Made by a program: the position numbers and the translations under genes
Shown here: one piece after another, positions 26,946-35,382 of the stretch
How positions within the stretch are numbered: the first letter of the stretch is position 1
Layout of the letters: each line of letters starts with the position of its first letter
Notes under the pieces: generated by a model
Database searches by the model: none
Told to the model about the DNA's origin: nothing
The model's input: only the letters and a program-made list of their open reading frames with translations
Assembly (NCBI GenBank): GCA_964405205.1
Contig: CAYOMU010000001.1
Coordinates: forward strand, 1-42,631
Origin: Candidatus Woesearchaeota archaeon
Lineage (GTDB): Archaea; Nanobdellota; Nanobdellia; Parvarchaeales; Parvarchaeaceae
Reading direction: 5' to 3'
DNA: 42,631 nt

Positions 26946-26974
26946 AGATTAATTTGAATAACTACATATAAATT

Positions 26975-29278
26975 ATGGGAGAAGAAAAACCAGAAATTGT
27001 TTTACGTGTTGCCGAGGCATTTTCAGATGATAGAGATCAAGGAAAAGTTAGAATTCCTGGCGATGCTCTTAAGAAATTAGGCTTAAAAGCAGGAGATTAC
27101 GTAGAAATTCAAGGTCAAAGAACTACCGTTGCAATTGCAGATCGTGGTTATATTAGCGATGCTGGGCTCAATATAATCCGAATGGATTTTATTACTAGAA
27201 AGAATGCTGGCGTAAGTGTAGGAGAAAACGTAACGATTAGGCCTGCAGAAGTAGAAGAAGCAGAGTCAGTAGTTCTTGCTCCAGTATCAAATATTTCAGT
27301 AAAAGGCCCTACAAATTGGCTTAACAGGCTATTAGATAGAAGACCTGTAACCAAAGGAGATGAAGTTTCTGTAAATGGCGGTTTAGGTACTGGTTTAGGC
27401 GGAATCGATGAGCTTTTTGAAGATATATTTATGGGAATGAATATAGCTCCGTTTTTCGGTGAGCCACTTAGATTTGTTGTTGTTTCAACAACTCCTAAAG
27501 GTTATGTTTTCATTTCAGATAACACTGAAATTACGATAAGCGCTCAAAGTAAGCAAGCTCTAGAGGAGGCTAAAATTAGACAAGTAAGCTATGAGGACAT
27601 AGGCGGTTTAGACGATGCTATTGCAAAAATAAGAGAAATGGTTGAAATTCCATTAAGACATCCTGAGATATTTATGAGATTAGGAATTGAGCCCCCTAAA
27701 GGAGTATTGTTATATGGTCCTCCAGGTACAGGTAAAACTTTGTTAGCTAGAGCAGTAGCTTCTGAATCAGGGGCCTCATTTTATGCAATTAATGGCCCAG
27801 AGATAATGAGTAAATGGGTAGGAGATGCAGAAAAGAGATTAAGGGAAATATTTGACAATGCAGAGAAAAATGCTCCTGCAATTGTTTTTATTGATGAAAT
27901 TGATGCTATTGCGCCTAAAAGAGAAGAAAGTGTAGGCGAAGTAGAGCACAGAGTAGTCTCTCAACTATTAACTTTAATGGATGGATTAAAAGGAAGAGGT
28001 AATGTTATTGTCATTGCAGCAACGAACAGACCAAATGCAATAGATCCTGCACTTAGAAGACCTGGGAGATTTGATAGAGAAATTTATATAGGGGTGCCAG
28101 ATGAACGTGGAAGATTACAAATACTTAAAATTCATACTAGAAGAGTACCATTAGACAAAAGTGTAGATCTGGAGTATTTAGCTAGAATTACTCATGGTTT
28201 TGTTGGTGCAGATATAGAAGCCCTCGTTAAAGAAGCTGCAATGAATGCTATAAGAAGGAATATGAATGAACTTAATCTTTCAGAAAGCAGCAAGATACCA
28301 AGATCAGTTTTAGAAAAGTTGTACGTTACTTTAGATGACTTTCAAGAAGCACTAAGATTTGTTAGACCAAGTGCACTTAGAGAGGTTCTTATTGAAAGAC
28401 CAAACGTTAAGTGGGAAGATATTGGTGGCCTAGAGGAAGTAAAACAAAGACTAATAGAAGCAATAGAGTGGCCAATTAAATATCCCGAAGCTTTCAAGAA
28501 AGCAGGAATTTCACCACCAAAAGGAATTCTTCTTTTTGGTCCTCCAGGTACAGGTAAAACTTTGTTAGCTAGAGCAGTAGCAGGTGAAACTGAATCTAAC
28601 TTTATCTTAGTAAAAGGCGCAGAGATAATGAGTAAATGGGTAGGAGAAAGCGAGAAAAATGTTAGAGAAATATTTGATAGAGCAAAAAGAGTGGCCCCTT
28701 GTGTTATTTTCTTCGATGAGATTGATGCTATTGCCTCTACTAGAGCAATAGCAGAAGAAAATAGAGTAGATGCACAAGTAGTTGATACTTTATTAAGCGA
28801 ATTAGATGGATTAGAGCCGCTTAAAAACGTTACAGTGCTTGCAGCTACAAACAGAATAGACATACTTGATCCTGCTATATTAAGAGCAGGAAGATTTGAC
28901 GAGATTATTTTTGTTCCTCCACCAGATACAAAAGAAAGAGAGGCAATATTTAGAGTATATATAAATAAGATGCCAGTCGAAAATAAAGAGGAATTAATAA
29001 AAGATTTAGCTGCAAGAACAGAAGGTTTTGTTGGTGCAGATATAGAGCGATTAACTAAAGAAGCTGCATTAATTGCACTTAGAAAAATTAGAGATAATTT
29101 AGATAAGATAGCTAAGAATGAGATGGAGCTTAAAATAACAAAGGAAGATTTTGATAGAGCGTTGGAAATAGTACACCCAAGCTTAACTAAATCACAAGTC
29201 GAGGAGTATTATGCGCAAGCTGCTAAGTTTTATTCACGTGGAAAATCTATAGCAACAGAATCTAAATATTTTGGATGA
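26975..29278 (+). CDS. cdc48: Cdc48/VCP/p97-type double-ring AAA+ ATPase
   Basis: It has an N-domain and two AAA modules, each with [15 protein letters not shown] Walker A, DEIDA Walker B and an SRH. Length is 767 aa. Confidence 0.97.
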   Translation: MGEEKPEIVLRVAEAFSDDRDQGKVRIPGDALKKLGLKAGDYVEIQGQRTTVAIADRGYISDAGLNIIRMDFITRKNAGVSVGENVTIRPAEVEEAESVVLAPVSNISVKGPTNWLNRLLDRRPVTKGDEVSVNGGLGTGLGGIDELFEDIFMGMNIAPFFGEPLRFVVVSTTPKGYVFISDNTEITISAQSKQALEEAKIRQVSYEDIGGLDDAIAKIREMVEIPLRHPEIFMRLGIEPPKGVLLYGPPGTGKTLLARAVASESGASFYAINGPEIMSKWVGDAEKRLREIFDNAEKNAPAIVFIDEIDAIAPKREESVGEVEHRVVSQLLTLMDGLKGRGNVIVIAATNRPNAIDPALRRPGRFDREIYIGVPDERGRLQILKIHTRRVPLDKSVDLEYLARITHGFVGADIEALVKEAAMNAIRRNMNELNLSESSKIPRSVLEKLYVTLDDFQEALRFVRPSALREVLIERPNVKWEDIGGLEEVKQRLIEAIEWPIKYPEAFKKAGISPPKGILLFGPPGTGKTLLARAVAGETESNFILVKGAEIMSKWVGESEKNVREIFDRAKRVAPCVIFFDEIDAIASTRAIAEENRVDAQVVDTLLSELDGLEPLKNVTVLAATNRIDILDPAILRAGRFDEIIFVPPPDTKEREAIFRVYINKMPVENKEELIKDLAARTEGFVGADIERLTKEAALIALRKIRDNLDKIAKNEMELKITKEDFDRALEIVHPSLTKSQVEEYYAQAAKFYSRGKSIATESKYFG

Positions 29279-29934
29279 ATTCAGACGAAATTTACGAATT
29301 AGTATTACAAGGTCAATTGGAGTGGGAGTCGCTAATTTCTACAATTATTAGAGAAGAGGGCATCGATCCACTTAATATTGATATATCACTTTTAACTGCT
29401 AGGTTTATAGATATTACTAATAAGCTTGCAAAAGCAGATTTCATTTATTATGGAAAATTTATATATGTAGCTGCAATTCTTTTAAGACTTAAGTCTGAGC
29501 GTTTATTAGATATGCTCACGAGCAAAAATTCTTTTATTAAAAGGAAAAATCAATACATTAAAAGTACGCCTTTTTCAATTATTTTGTCTCCTAAAATGTA
29601 TTTGATTAGAAAAAGGAGAATTACATTGTCAGATCTAATCTTTTACATTCGAAATTCTTTGAATTTTATTAAAAGTCAACAACAATCATTTCAATTTAAT
29701 TTTAAATTAAATGAAATGAAGATAGCTCAAACTATAATAAATGTACAAAGCATGTTAATCGAGATATTCAAAAAATCGGATACAATCATGTTTTCTGAAC
29801 TTGTAAAGGGAAAAGAGTGGCAGGATATAGCCAGAACATTTATTTCTCTTTTATTTTTATTTCACGACGAAAAGATTAGTTTGTATCAAAATGAACCAAT
29901 GGCTGATATTGTAATCAAGAATATTGCACTATGA
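29275..29934 (+). CDS. scpA: Segregation and condensation protein A (kleisin)
   Basis: IDPLNIDISLLTARFI and AAILLRLKSERLL are typical of the ScpA N-terminus. It forms ATGA overlaps with cdc48 and scpB. Confidence 0.75.
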   Translation: MNSDEIYELVLQGQLEWESLISTIIREEGIDPLNIDISLLTARFIDITNKLAKADFIYYGKFIYVAAILLRLKSERLLDMLTSKNSFIKRKNQYIKSTPFSIILSPKMYLIRKRRITLSDLIFYIRNSLNFIKSQQQSFQFNFKLNEMKIAQTIINVQSMLIEIFKKSDTIMFSELVKGKEWQDIARTFISLLFLFHDEKISLYQNEPMADIVIKNIAL

Positions 29935-30446
29935 AAGAAGCTTTACCTAAGATAGAAGCCTTAATATTTTCTTCACCTAATGGCATTAGTATAGAGGAAT
30001 TAGGAGCAAAATTAAAAATGCCCACTGAACTTGTTAATCATTATTTGAATCAATTAGTTAAAAGATACTCCGATCCTCAATTTGGTATAGAAATTGTTAA
30101 AGAAAACAATGTTGCAAAGATGAAAATTAAAATTCAATACGCAGACCTAATATCAGGTAAACCAGAACTGAGCAAGGGTATTTTAATGACATTGAGTTTA
30201 ATAGCAGTAGAGAGTCCAATCAAGCTAGCAGATTTAGTTAAAAAACGTGGTACAGTTGCTAGGATGCACGTTAAAAAACTAAGGGAGATGGGATTAATAT
30301 CAGAATCTGTTGATAAAGGCAAAAAAATAATTAAATTATCTCAAGGGTTCTTTCAATATTTTGATCTTTCAAAAGAAGAATTAGAATCACTAAAGAAAGA
30401 ATTTCAATTAAAAGAATCTGAAAATAATCAAACTGCTAAACAATAG
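29931..30446 (+). CDS. scpB: Segregation and condensation protein B
   Basis: IEALIFSSPNGISIEEL and LSKGILMTLSLIAVESPIKLADL indicate tandem winged helices. Confidence 0.8.
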   Translation: MKEALPKIEALIFSSPNGISIEELGAKLKMPTELVNHYLNQLVKRYSDPQFGIEIVKENNVAKMKIKIQYADLISGKPELSKGILMTLSLIAVESPIKLADLVKKRGTVARMHVKKLREMGLISESVDKGKKIIKLSQGFFQYFDLSKEELESLKKEFQLKESENNQTAKQ

Positions 30447-30945
30447 GCGTTTTTCTTTTTATCTCAATAATTTTTGGTTTTTCTTCTTTTTGTTCTTGTA
30501 CTTTCTCTTCTGATTTTGTTTCTTTTGAGTATCCTTTTATCTCATCTAGTTTTGCAATGATCAATTTTCTTATCTCTTCTAGGTTTTGTCCTTGTTCTCG
30601 TTTAAATAAATAACTATTGTTATCGTTTTCATATCTAGGTAGTAAAGTAATAATTGCATGAGGAATTATTGATCCTTTATTAATTTCTTTCGAGTAGATG
30701 ATATCAACATCTGTTGCATTTAATGCGTTTTTAATTGCAAATCCAAGAGCTCTTGCGATTGATAATAGATGTAAATATTCTTCTTGTGGAATTTCGTATA
30801 GTGTAGAATAATGCTTCTTCGTAAAAACAAGGGTATTTCCTGGAGATGCAGGATTAATGTCTAAAACAGCAATTACTATTGGATCTTCATAAATGACGTA
30901 AGATTCTGTTTTTTTGTTTGCTATGTTGCAAAATATACATTCCAT
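30436..30945 (-). CDS. HIT-superfamily protein with degenerate histidine triad and a Lys/Glu-rich tail
   Basis: It has CIFCNI, VIYEDPIVIAVLDINPASPGN and LLPRY framework motifs. The triad position reads HAIITLL instead of HxHxHxx. Confidence 0.75.
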   Translation of the reverse strand: MECIFCNIANKKTESYVIYEDPIVIAVLDINPASPGNTLVFTKKHYSTLYEIPQEEYLHLLSIARALGFAIKNALNATDVDIIYSKEINKGSIIPHAIITLLPRYENDNNSYLFKREQGQNLEEIRKLIIAKLDEIKGYSKETKSEEKVQEQKEEKPKIIEIKRKTPIV

Positions 30946-30978
30946 AAAGACTTAAATTATGTCATATAAAATATTAAT

Positions 30979-31197
30979 ATGGCTAAAGCAAGACTAAAGT
31001 ACAACGAGGAGCATAAATTACTTCTAGACAGCGTTTTAGGGCTATTTTACTTAGCATTAGCCTCTACGTTTATTGTAGTAGGCGCAGTAAGTATTTTCTA
31101 TCAAGTATTTTCGAAAGCACTTGCAGCGGCTTCTACAATAATTTTAGGAGTAGTGATTTACTTTATAGGGCTTGCAATCCTTAGAATAAGGATTTAA
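30979..31197 (+). CDS. Small two-helix membrane protein, unknown
   Basis: This is a 72-aa hydrophobic ORF in its own intergenic slot. Confidence 0.4.
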   Translation: MAKARLKYNEEHKLLLDSVLGLFYLALASTFIVVGAVSIFYQVFSKALAAASTIILGVVIYFIGLAILRIRI

Positions 31198-31206
31198 TTT
31201 TTTATT

Positions 31207-31584
31207 TTATATTTTTACTAAATTTATTATTCCTTCTTGCCCCGGTCTATTTACAATTTTAGCCTTTCCTTGATCAGTTTCCACAATTGCTCCTTTAGTA
31301 AGTATACCTCTTCTTGCAAATTCTCTATTAGCAGGATTTTCTACAACTTTAATTATTTTAACTTTTTTCGCAGTTTTAGTGCTATAATCAAATAGTATCC
31401 CTTCATTCGCTGAGAGCAATCTTATTTTTTTATTGTTTCCTCTACCTCTAATTATTTTTCGTTTTACTTCTCCCAGTACAGTAGGATTTGCTGGTGCAAC
31501 AGTTTCATATCTTCTTGTATCTCGCCATTTACCTTTCTTTCCGCCGCTTCTTTTTCTTCCATCGTTACCTGTTTTGATTCCCAT
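31207..31584 (-). CDS. rps8e: 30S ribosomal protein S8e
   Basis: The start is taken at the internal Met. MGIKTGNDGRKRSGGKKGKWRDTRRYE and the C-terminal AKIVNRPGQEGIINLV match the eS8 pattern. Confidence 0.9.
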   Translation of the reverse strand: MGIKTGNDGRKRSGGKKGKWRDTRRYETVAPANPTVLGEVKRKIIRGRGNNKKIRLLSANEGILFDYSTKTAKKVKIIKVVENPANREFARRGILTKGAIVETDQGKAKIVNRPGQEGIINLVKI

Positions 31585-31617
31585 AAATATTAATTTTATA
31601 TTCAACCTATATTTAAA

Positions 31618-32058
31618 ATGATAAAGGTTGAATTTCCAGAGATTGCAGGTCAAAATTGTCCACCAATATATACTTGTGACGGAGAAAATATTTCTCCTGC
31701 AGTAAAATGGACTAAAGTAAATGGAGCAGTTGCTTATGCATTAATAGTAGAAGATCCAGATGCACCTTCAGGGTTGTTCGTGCATTGGATTATATATAAC
31801 ATTAAGCAGAACTTTTTGCCAAAGGAATTTCCAAGAGAATCACAATTAGCTTATCAAGGAATTAATGATTTTAAGCGCCAAGGCTATGATGGTCCTTGTC
31901 CACCAAGAGGGCATGGCCCACATCATTATCATTTTAAAGTGTTTGCGCTTTCTTCTGAATTAGACGAAGGAATTAAGAATAGAGAGGAGTTAATAAAAGC
32001 AATGCAGGGCAAAATACTCGATCAAGGCGAGGCAATATTAATATATCAAAGAAAATAA
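31618..32058 (+). CDS. PEBP / YbhB-YbcL family (Raf-kinase-inhibitor-like) protein
   Basis: DPDAPSGLFVHW and GPCPPRGHGPHHYHF motifs are present. Confidence 0.9.
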   Translation: MIKVEFPEIAGQNCPPIYTCDGENISPAVKWTKVNGAVAYALIVEDPDAPSGLFVHWIIYNIKQNFLPKEFPRESQLAYQGINDFKRQGYDGPCPPRGHGPHHYHFKVFALSSELDEGIKNREELIKAMQGKILDQGEAILIYQRK

Positions 32059-32067
32059 ATTGTAAAA

Positions 32068-32184
32068 ATGAAAAGAAGTTCAAAGAAATGGAAGAAATGG
32101 CACATTAATAGATGGAAAACTAGAAAGCAAAGAATTAGAGAAAGAAAAAGAAAGAGAAAATTAATGAAAATGAGGACTGCATAA
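32068..32184 (+). CDS. rpl41e: Probable ribosomal protein L41e (38 aa, not in ORF track)
   Basis: The ATG..TAA ORF reads MKRSSKKWKKWHINRWKTRKQRIRERKRKRKLMKMRTA. It is extremely basic and rich in Trp, Arg and Lys, like archaeal eL41. It fills the gap between the PEBP gene and tRNA-Leu. Confidence 0.55.
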   Translation: MKRSSKKWKKWHINRWKTRKQRIRERKRKRKLMKMRTA

Positions 32185-32186
32185 AT

Positions 32187-32309
32187 GCAGGGGTAGCGAA
32201 GCCCGGTCAAACGCGCAGGACTTAAGATCAAAGATCTTAAGTTATGAGGAATCGATGATTGGAAATCCTGTGGCTTAGGCCTTCGTGGGTTCAAATCCCA
32301 CCCCCTGCA
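32187..32309 (+). tRNA. tRNA-Leu (anticodon TAA) with a 38-nt intron at the canonical 37/38 position
   Basis: This is a type II tRNA with acceptor GCAGGGG/CCCCTGC, A73 and a long variable arm TGGCTTAGGCCTTC. The anticodon stem CAGGA (32216-20) / TCCTG (32266-70) is interrupted by intron 32227-32264. The exon loop is CTTAAG+A. Confidence 0.85.
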
Positions 32310-32327
32310 CATTGAATCGAAAATGTA

Positions 32328-32335
32328 TTTAAATA
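32328..32335 (+). promoter_or_regulatory. Candidate TATA box for the 32354 membrane-protein gene
   Basis: TTTAAATA is centred about 22-23 nt upstream of the ATG, giving near-leaderless geometry. Confidence 0.25.
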
Positions 32336-32353
32336 ACTCTGTGCTTATATTTT

Positions 32354-32653
32354 ATGGCTTGGGACAAGGAGAAGAATGCAAGCAAAATTTGGATATTTTT
32401 GGGCTTCCTTGGAATAGGTTACTTAATTGCATTAATATATAGTTTGATAAGTAATCATGATGAAGATAGATTATATGGTATACTTTTCATTCTAGGATTC
32501 CTAGGATCTATAATAATTTACATATTAGAGAAAGACAAAGATAGGTATCTTTCAAGCTTAGCTTTATACCTATTGATTGGAACAATTATTGATATTGTTG
32601 TTGGTATAATTTTGTTTTCTCTAGGCGTTTTTATGCCTCATATTGTGGTTTAA
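32354..32653 (+). CDS. Small polytopic membrane protein, unknown
   Basis: It is 99 aa with three hydrophobic helices. Confidence 0.45.
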   Translation: MAWDKEKNASKIWIFLGFLGIGYLIALIYSLISNHDEDRLYGILFILGFLGSIIIYILEKDKDRYLSSLALYLLIGTIIDIVVGIILFSLGVFMPHIVV

Positions 32654-32682
32654 AGTAATATATCACATTCCAAGTAATTTAA

Positions 32683-33297
32683 TTAAGTAAAATGCATTAA
32701 AGTAGGTTGAGATGTATACCATTTTAATCTTACATACTTTCTTAACTCCTTTATTTTACCTTCTTTAATTATTTTTTTGATAAATTCTTTTGTTTTTGGA
32801 TCAGAAGGATAACCAGAACCGAAATCTCCTATTTCTTTTCTTATTTTTTCTATTTCTTCTTCTCTAGTTTTTTTAGCAATAATTGATGCTCCTCCAACTT
32901 GAATATAATCTCTATCTGCAAAATTTCTTGCAATAACTTTCTTTTTTGTCATCTCAATTAATTTATCTTCTATTCTTTTTTCGTTTGAAGAAGGAGCATC
33001 TACTATTGCTTCGTCGCAATTAGCTTCTTTTATAAATTTTGCAAAAACATTTAATTCTAGTTCATTGATATTATTTTTATCTAATTCCTCGGGTTCAATT
33101 TTTTCAATAAAATATTCAAAGTTGTTTTGCAACCAATTTCCAATTTCAAATATTTTCTTAATTGAAAGCAATTTAGAATCCTTCACACCTTTTTCTTCTA
33201 GTAATTTTAAATCCTCATCTTTTACTATAAGTCCTGCAACCACTAAGGGTCCAATTACTGGGCCTCTACCAGCTTCATCAATACCTATGTATTTCAT
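32683..33297 (-). CDS. rnhB: Ribonuclease HII
   Basis: IGIDEAGRGPVIGPLVVAG (the DEAGRG catalytic motif) and a later DSK motif are present. The start is taken at Met preceding KYIGIDE. Confidence 0.9.
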   Translation of the reverse strand: MKYIGIDEAGRGPVIGPLVVAGLIVKDEDLKLLEEKGVKDSKLLSIKKIFEIGNWLQNNFEYFIEKIEPEELDKNNINELELNVFAKFIKEANCDEAIVDAPSSNEKRIEDKLIEMTKKKVIARNFADRDYIQVGGASIIAKKTREEEIEKIRKEIGDFGSGYPSDPKTKEFIKKIIKEGKIKELRKYVRLKWYTSQPTLMHFT

Positions 33298-33556
33298 CTG
33301 CTCTGAACATTGCATGTCCAAAATGCACAAGTAAATCAATTCCAAATTTGCTTACACCTATCGGAATATCACAAGCACCATAAGCTGAGCCGCCCCAAAT
33401 GTATACTTCTGCCTCTGTGTTTTCTTTAATGTACTTTGCAATTTCTAATGCTTTAGGCTTCAATCCAAAAGGAAGCTGAATTAAAACTCTTTTGTAGTTC
33501 TTTTCTTTAATTTTATTTACTATTTTTTCTAATTCTAAATCAAAGTCCTCTTTCAT
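33278..33556 (-). pseudogene. dph2: N-terminal fragment (about 85 of about 340 residues) of diphthamide synthase subunit Dph2
   Basis: KRVLIQLPFGLKPKALEIAKYIKENTEAEVYIWGGSAYGACDIPIGVSKFGIDLLVHFGHAMF matches the Dph1/Dph2 N-terminal domain, including the first Fe-S Cys (YGAC). The ORF then stops inside the rnhB start region. Confidence 0.75.
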
Positions 33557-33604
33557 ATTTCTATTAATAGTTTCAATAGTTGTTACTATTTAAAAACCGA
33601 AAGA

Positions 33605-33612
33605 TTTAAATA
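33605..33612 (+). promoter_or_regulatory. Candidate BRE/TATA for the RNA polymerase operon
   Basis: CGAAAG followed by TTTAAATA lies 38-45 nt upstream of the rpoH ATG, in the only sizeable gap (33557-33649) before the operon. Confidence 0.3.
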
Positions 33613-33649
33613 TTAAATATTTACATGTAAATAATCAATATTAACCTGA

Positions 33650-33874
33650 ATGGATGTTTTAAAGCACAGATTGAATCCAGCCTGCCGTATTCTTACATCT
33701 GAAGAGATAGAGCAATTACTAGCGAAATTTAAGTGTAAAAAAGAAGATTTACCAAAAATAAAGTCTTCTGATCCTTTAGCTCAAGCCTTAAAAGCAAAAA
33801 TTGGAGATGTAATTGAATTTGATCGTGTAAGTCATACTGCAGGAACTGCGAAGTATTATCGTGTCGTAGTATGA
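33650..33874 (+). CDS. rpoH: DNA-directed RNA polymerase subunit H (Rpo5)
   Basis: LPKIKSSDPLAQALKAKIGDVIEFDRVSHTAGTAKYYRVVV is present; length is 74 aa. It forms an ATGA overlap with rpoB''. Confidence 0.9.
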   Translation: MDVLKHRLNPACRILTSEEIEQLLAKFKCKKEDLPKIKSSDPLAQALKAKIGDVIEFDRVSHTAGTAKYYRVVV

Positions 33875-35382
33875 ATAAGGAAGAACAATATACGTTGATC
33901 AAAAGCTTTTTCAAAGAGTTTGGATTGGCACCTGTGCACATAAGATCTTTTGAAAGATTCGTAGAAAATGTTATGCCAGTTATAGCTAAAAATGTAGAGA
34001 TGAAACCTTCTGTTGCACCTCCTGGATATAAGAAAGTGGAAATAAAGATAGAAAACATAAGAATAGGTAAGCCAGATGTTAAGGAGAGCGATGGTAATGT
34101 AAGAACTATTTATCCTATGGAGGCAAGAATTAGAGATCTAACTTATGCAGCTCCTATTATAGTAGATGTAGCATACATTGCTGATGGAGAAAAAGTTCAA
34201 GAAGAAGAAGCAACCATTGGAAGACTACCGGTGGTGGTGAAATCAAAGTATTGTAATCTTCATGGGTTAAGCAGAAAAGAATTGATTGAAAAAGCAAGAG
34301 AGGATCCTGATGATCCTGGTGGGTATTTTATAATTAATGGAACAGAAAGAATAATATTAACTACAGAGGATCTTGCGCCGAATAAGTTAATAGTAACTAA
34401 ATCTTCTCAGGAAGGAATTGAATACGTTGGAAGAATATACGCTGATGCTGGGCCCATTAAGTTGCCACATTCAATTATCATGGCAAAGAATGGTCAATTC
34501 CTTATAAGTTTTGGCGTGTTCAAAAAGTTACATTTGATTTCATTGATTAAAGCTTTGGGTGTAAAAGACGATGATGACATTAGAGCATTTATAGACCCAG
34601 AGCCTAAAGCTGCTTGGTTGCTAGAGGCAAATTTAATGGAAGCCAGCAAGGAACAAGATAAAATTAACAAATATTTAGAAGAATCCTCTGGTATTTCTAC
34701 TAAGAAAGCTGTGGTTGCAAACATTGATAATTTCCTTCTTCCATTTATTGGTCAAACACCATCTTCCAGACTTGCAAAGGCAATGTATCTCATGTATGCG
34801 ATCAAGACAATGCTATGGCATTGGGCCAATAACACTGAGGATGATAGAGATAGCTACTTCAATAAGCGTGTTCACCCAGAGGATTATAATCTTGAAATTA
34901 TTTTTGCTACATCTATGAAAGCCTTGGCCAAAGAAGCTGTAAATGCATTTGAAGTTATAGTCAATAAGCAAAAAAGATTTCCAAAAGCAGATTACATTTT
35001 TGAAAGAGATGTGTTGATAAGAAGATTACTTTCTTCTCTTTCTACAGGATTGTGGCCAGGTAATAGAACTGGAGTTACTCAGCAATTATCAAGATCTAGC
35101 TTTATTGATTCTATCTCATATCTTAGAAGAGTAGAATCTTTGCTTACTTCTAACAGAGAAAATGAAATGGCGAGAATGTTGCATGGAACACATTTTGGGA
35201 GATTGTGTGCAATAGAAACTCCAGAAGGTCCTAATATTGGTTTGACTAAGAACCTTGCTTTGTTTGGATATATTCCATCTGAAATCGATGAAAGTGACAG
35301 AAAGAAAGTGCAACAAATTATAGAAGACATGGGATTGAAAGAATATGAGCTTAGTTCTATTAGACGGAAAGCCAATAGGTGA
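33871..35382 (+). CDS. rpoB2: DNA-directed RNA polymerase subunit B'' (N-terminal part of split Rpo2)
   Basis: GGYFIINGTERI and THFGRLCAIETPEGPNIGL motifs are present; length is 503 aa. Confidence 0.97.
   Translation: MNKEEQYTLIKSFFKEFGLAPVHIRSFERFVENVMPVIAKNVEMKPSVAPPGYKKVEIKIENIRIGKPDVKESDGNVRTIYPMEARIRDLTYAAPIIVDVAYIADGEKVQEEEATIGRLPVVVKSKYCNLHGLSRKELIEKAREDPDDPGGYFIINGTERIILTTEDLAPNKLIVTKSSQEGIEYVGRIYADAGPIKLPHSIIMAKNGQFLISFGVFKKLHLISLIKALGVKDDDDIRAFIDPEPKAAWLLEANLMEASKEQDKINKYLEESSGISTKKAVVANIDNFLLPFIGQTPSSRLAKAMYLMYAIKTMLWHWANNTEDDRDSYFNKRVHPEDYNLEIIFATSMKALAKEAVNAFEVIVNKQKRFPKADYIFERDVLIRRLLSSLSTGLWPGNRTGVTQQLSRSSFIDSISYLRRVESLLTSNRENEMARMLHGTHFGRLCAIETPEGPNIGLTKNLALFGYIPSEIDESDRKKVQQIIEDMGLKEYELSSIRRKANR

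Noticed and set aside
28342-28863. A 173-aa minus-strand ORF, and similar antisense ORFs inside EF-2, top6B, leuS, rpoB, rpoA and the presenilin gene (e.g. 4051-4233, 9356-9652, 10216-10515, 12264-12548, 18056-18361, 35116-35460).
   Set aside because: All lie wholly antisense to strongly supported conserved genes. Their products are low-complexity Ser/Leu/Phe/Ile-rich sequences typical of shadow ORFs in AT-rich DNA.
32216-32270. An alternative splice register would give a CTTGAAA loop, i.e. tRNA-Ser(UGA) instead of Leu(UAA).
   Set aside because: The A73 discriminator and D-arm look like archaeal tRNA-Leu. The canonical 37/38 intron position gives a recognisable bulge-helix-bulge, whereas the alternative register does not.
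32046-32312. An 88-aa minus-strand ORF from the track.
   Set aside because: It is the antisense reading of the GC-rich tRNA-Leu gene plus the L41e-like ORF. It has no independent support.
35345-35382. The 38-nt two-frame overlap at the rpoB''/rpoB' junction could be a recent frameshift, pseudogenisation or programmed frameshift.
   Set aside because: The split position and subunit sizes (503 + 602 aa) match the known euryarchaeal-type B''/B' split. Overlaps of 17-38 nt are common between other gene pairs in this window (top6B/A, rfcS/L, nusA/rps12). Nothing beyond genome compaction is required.
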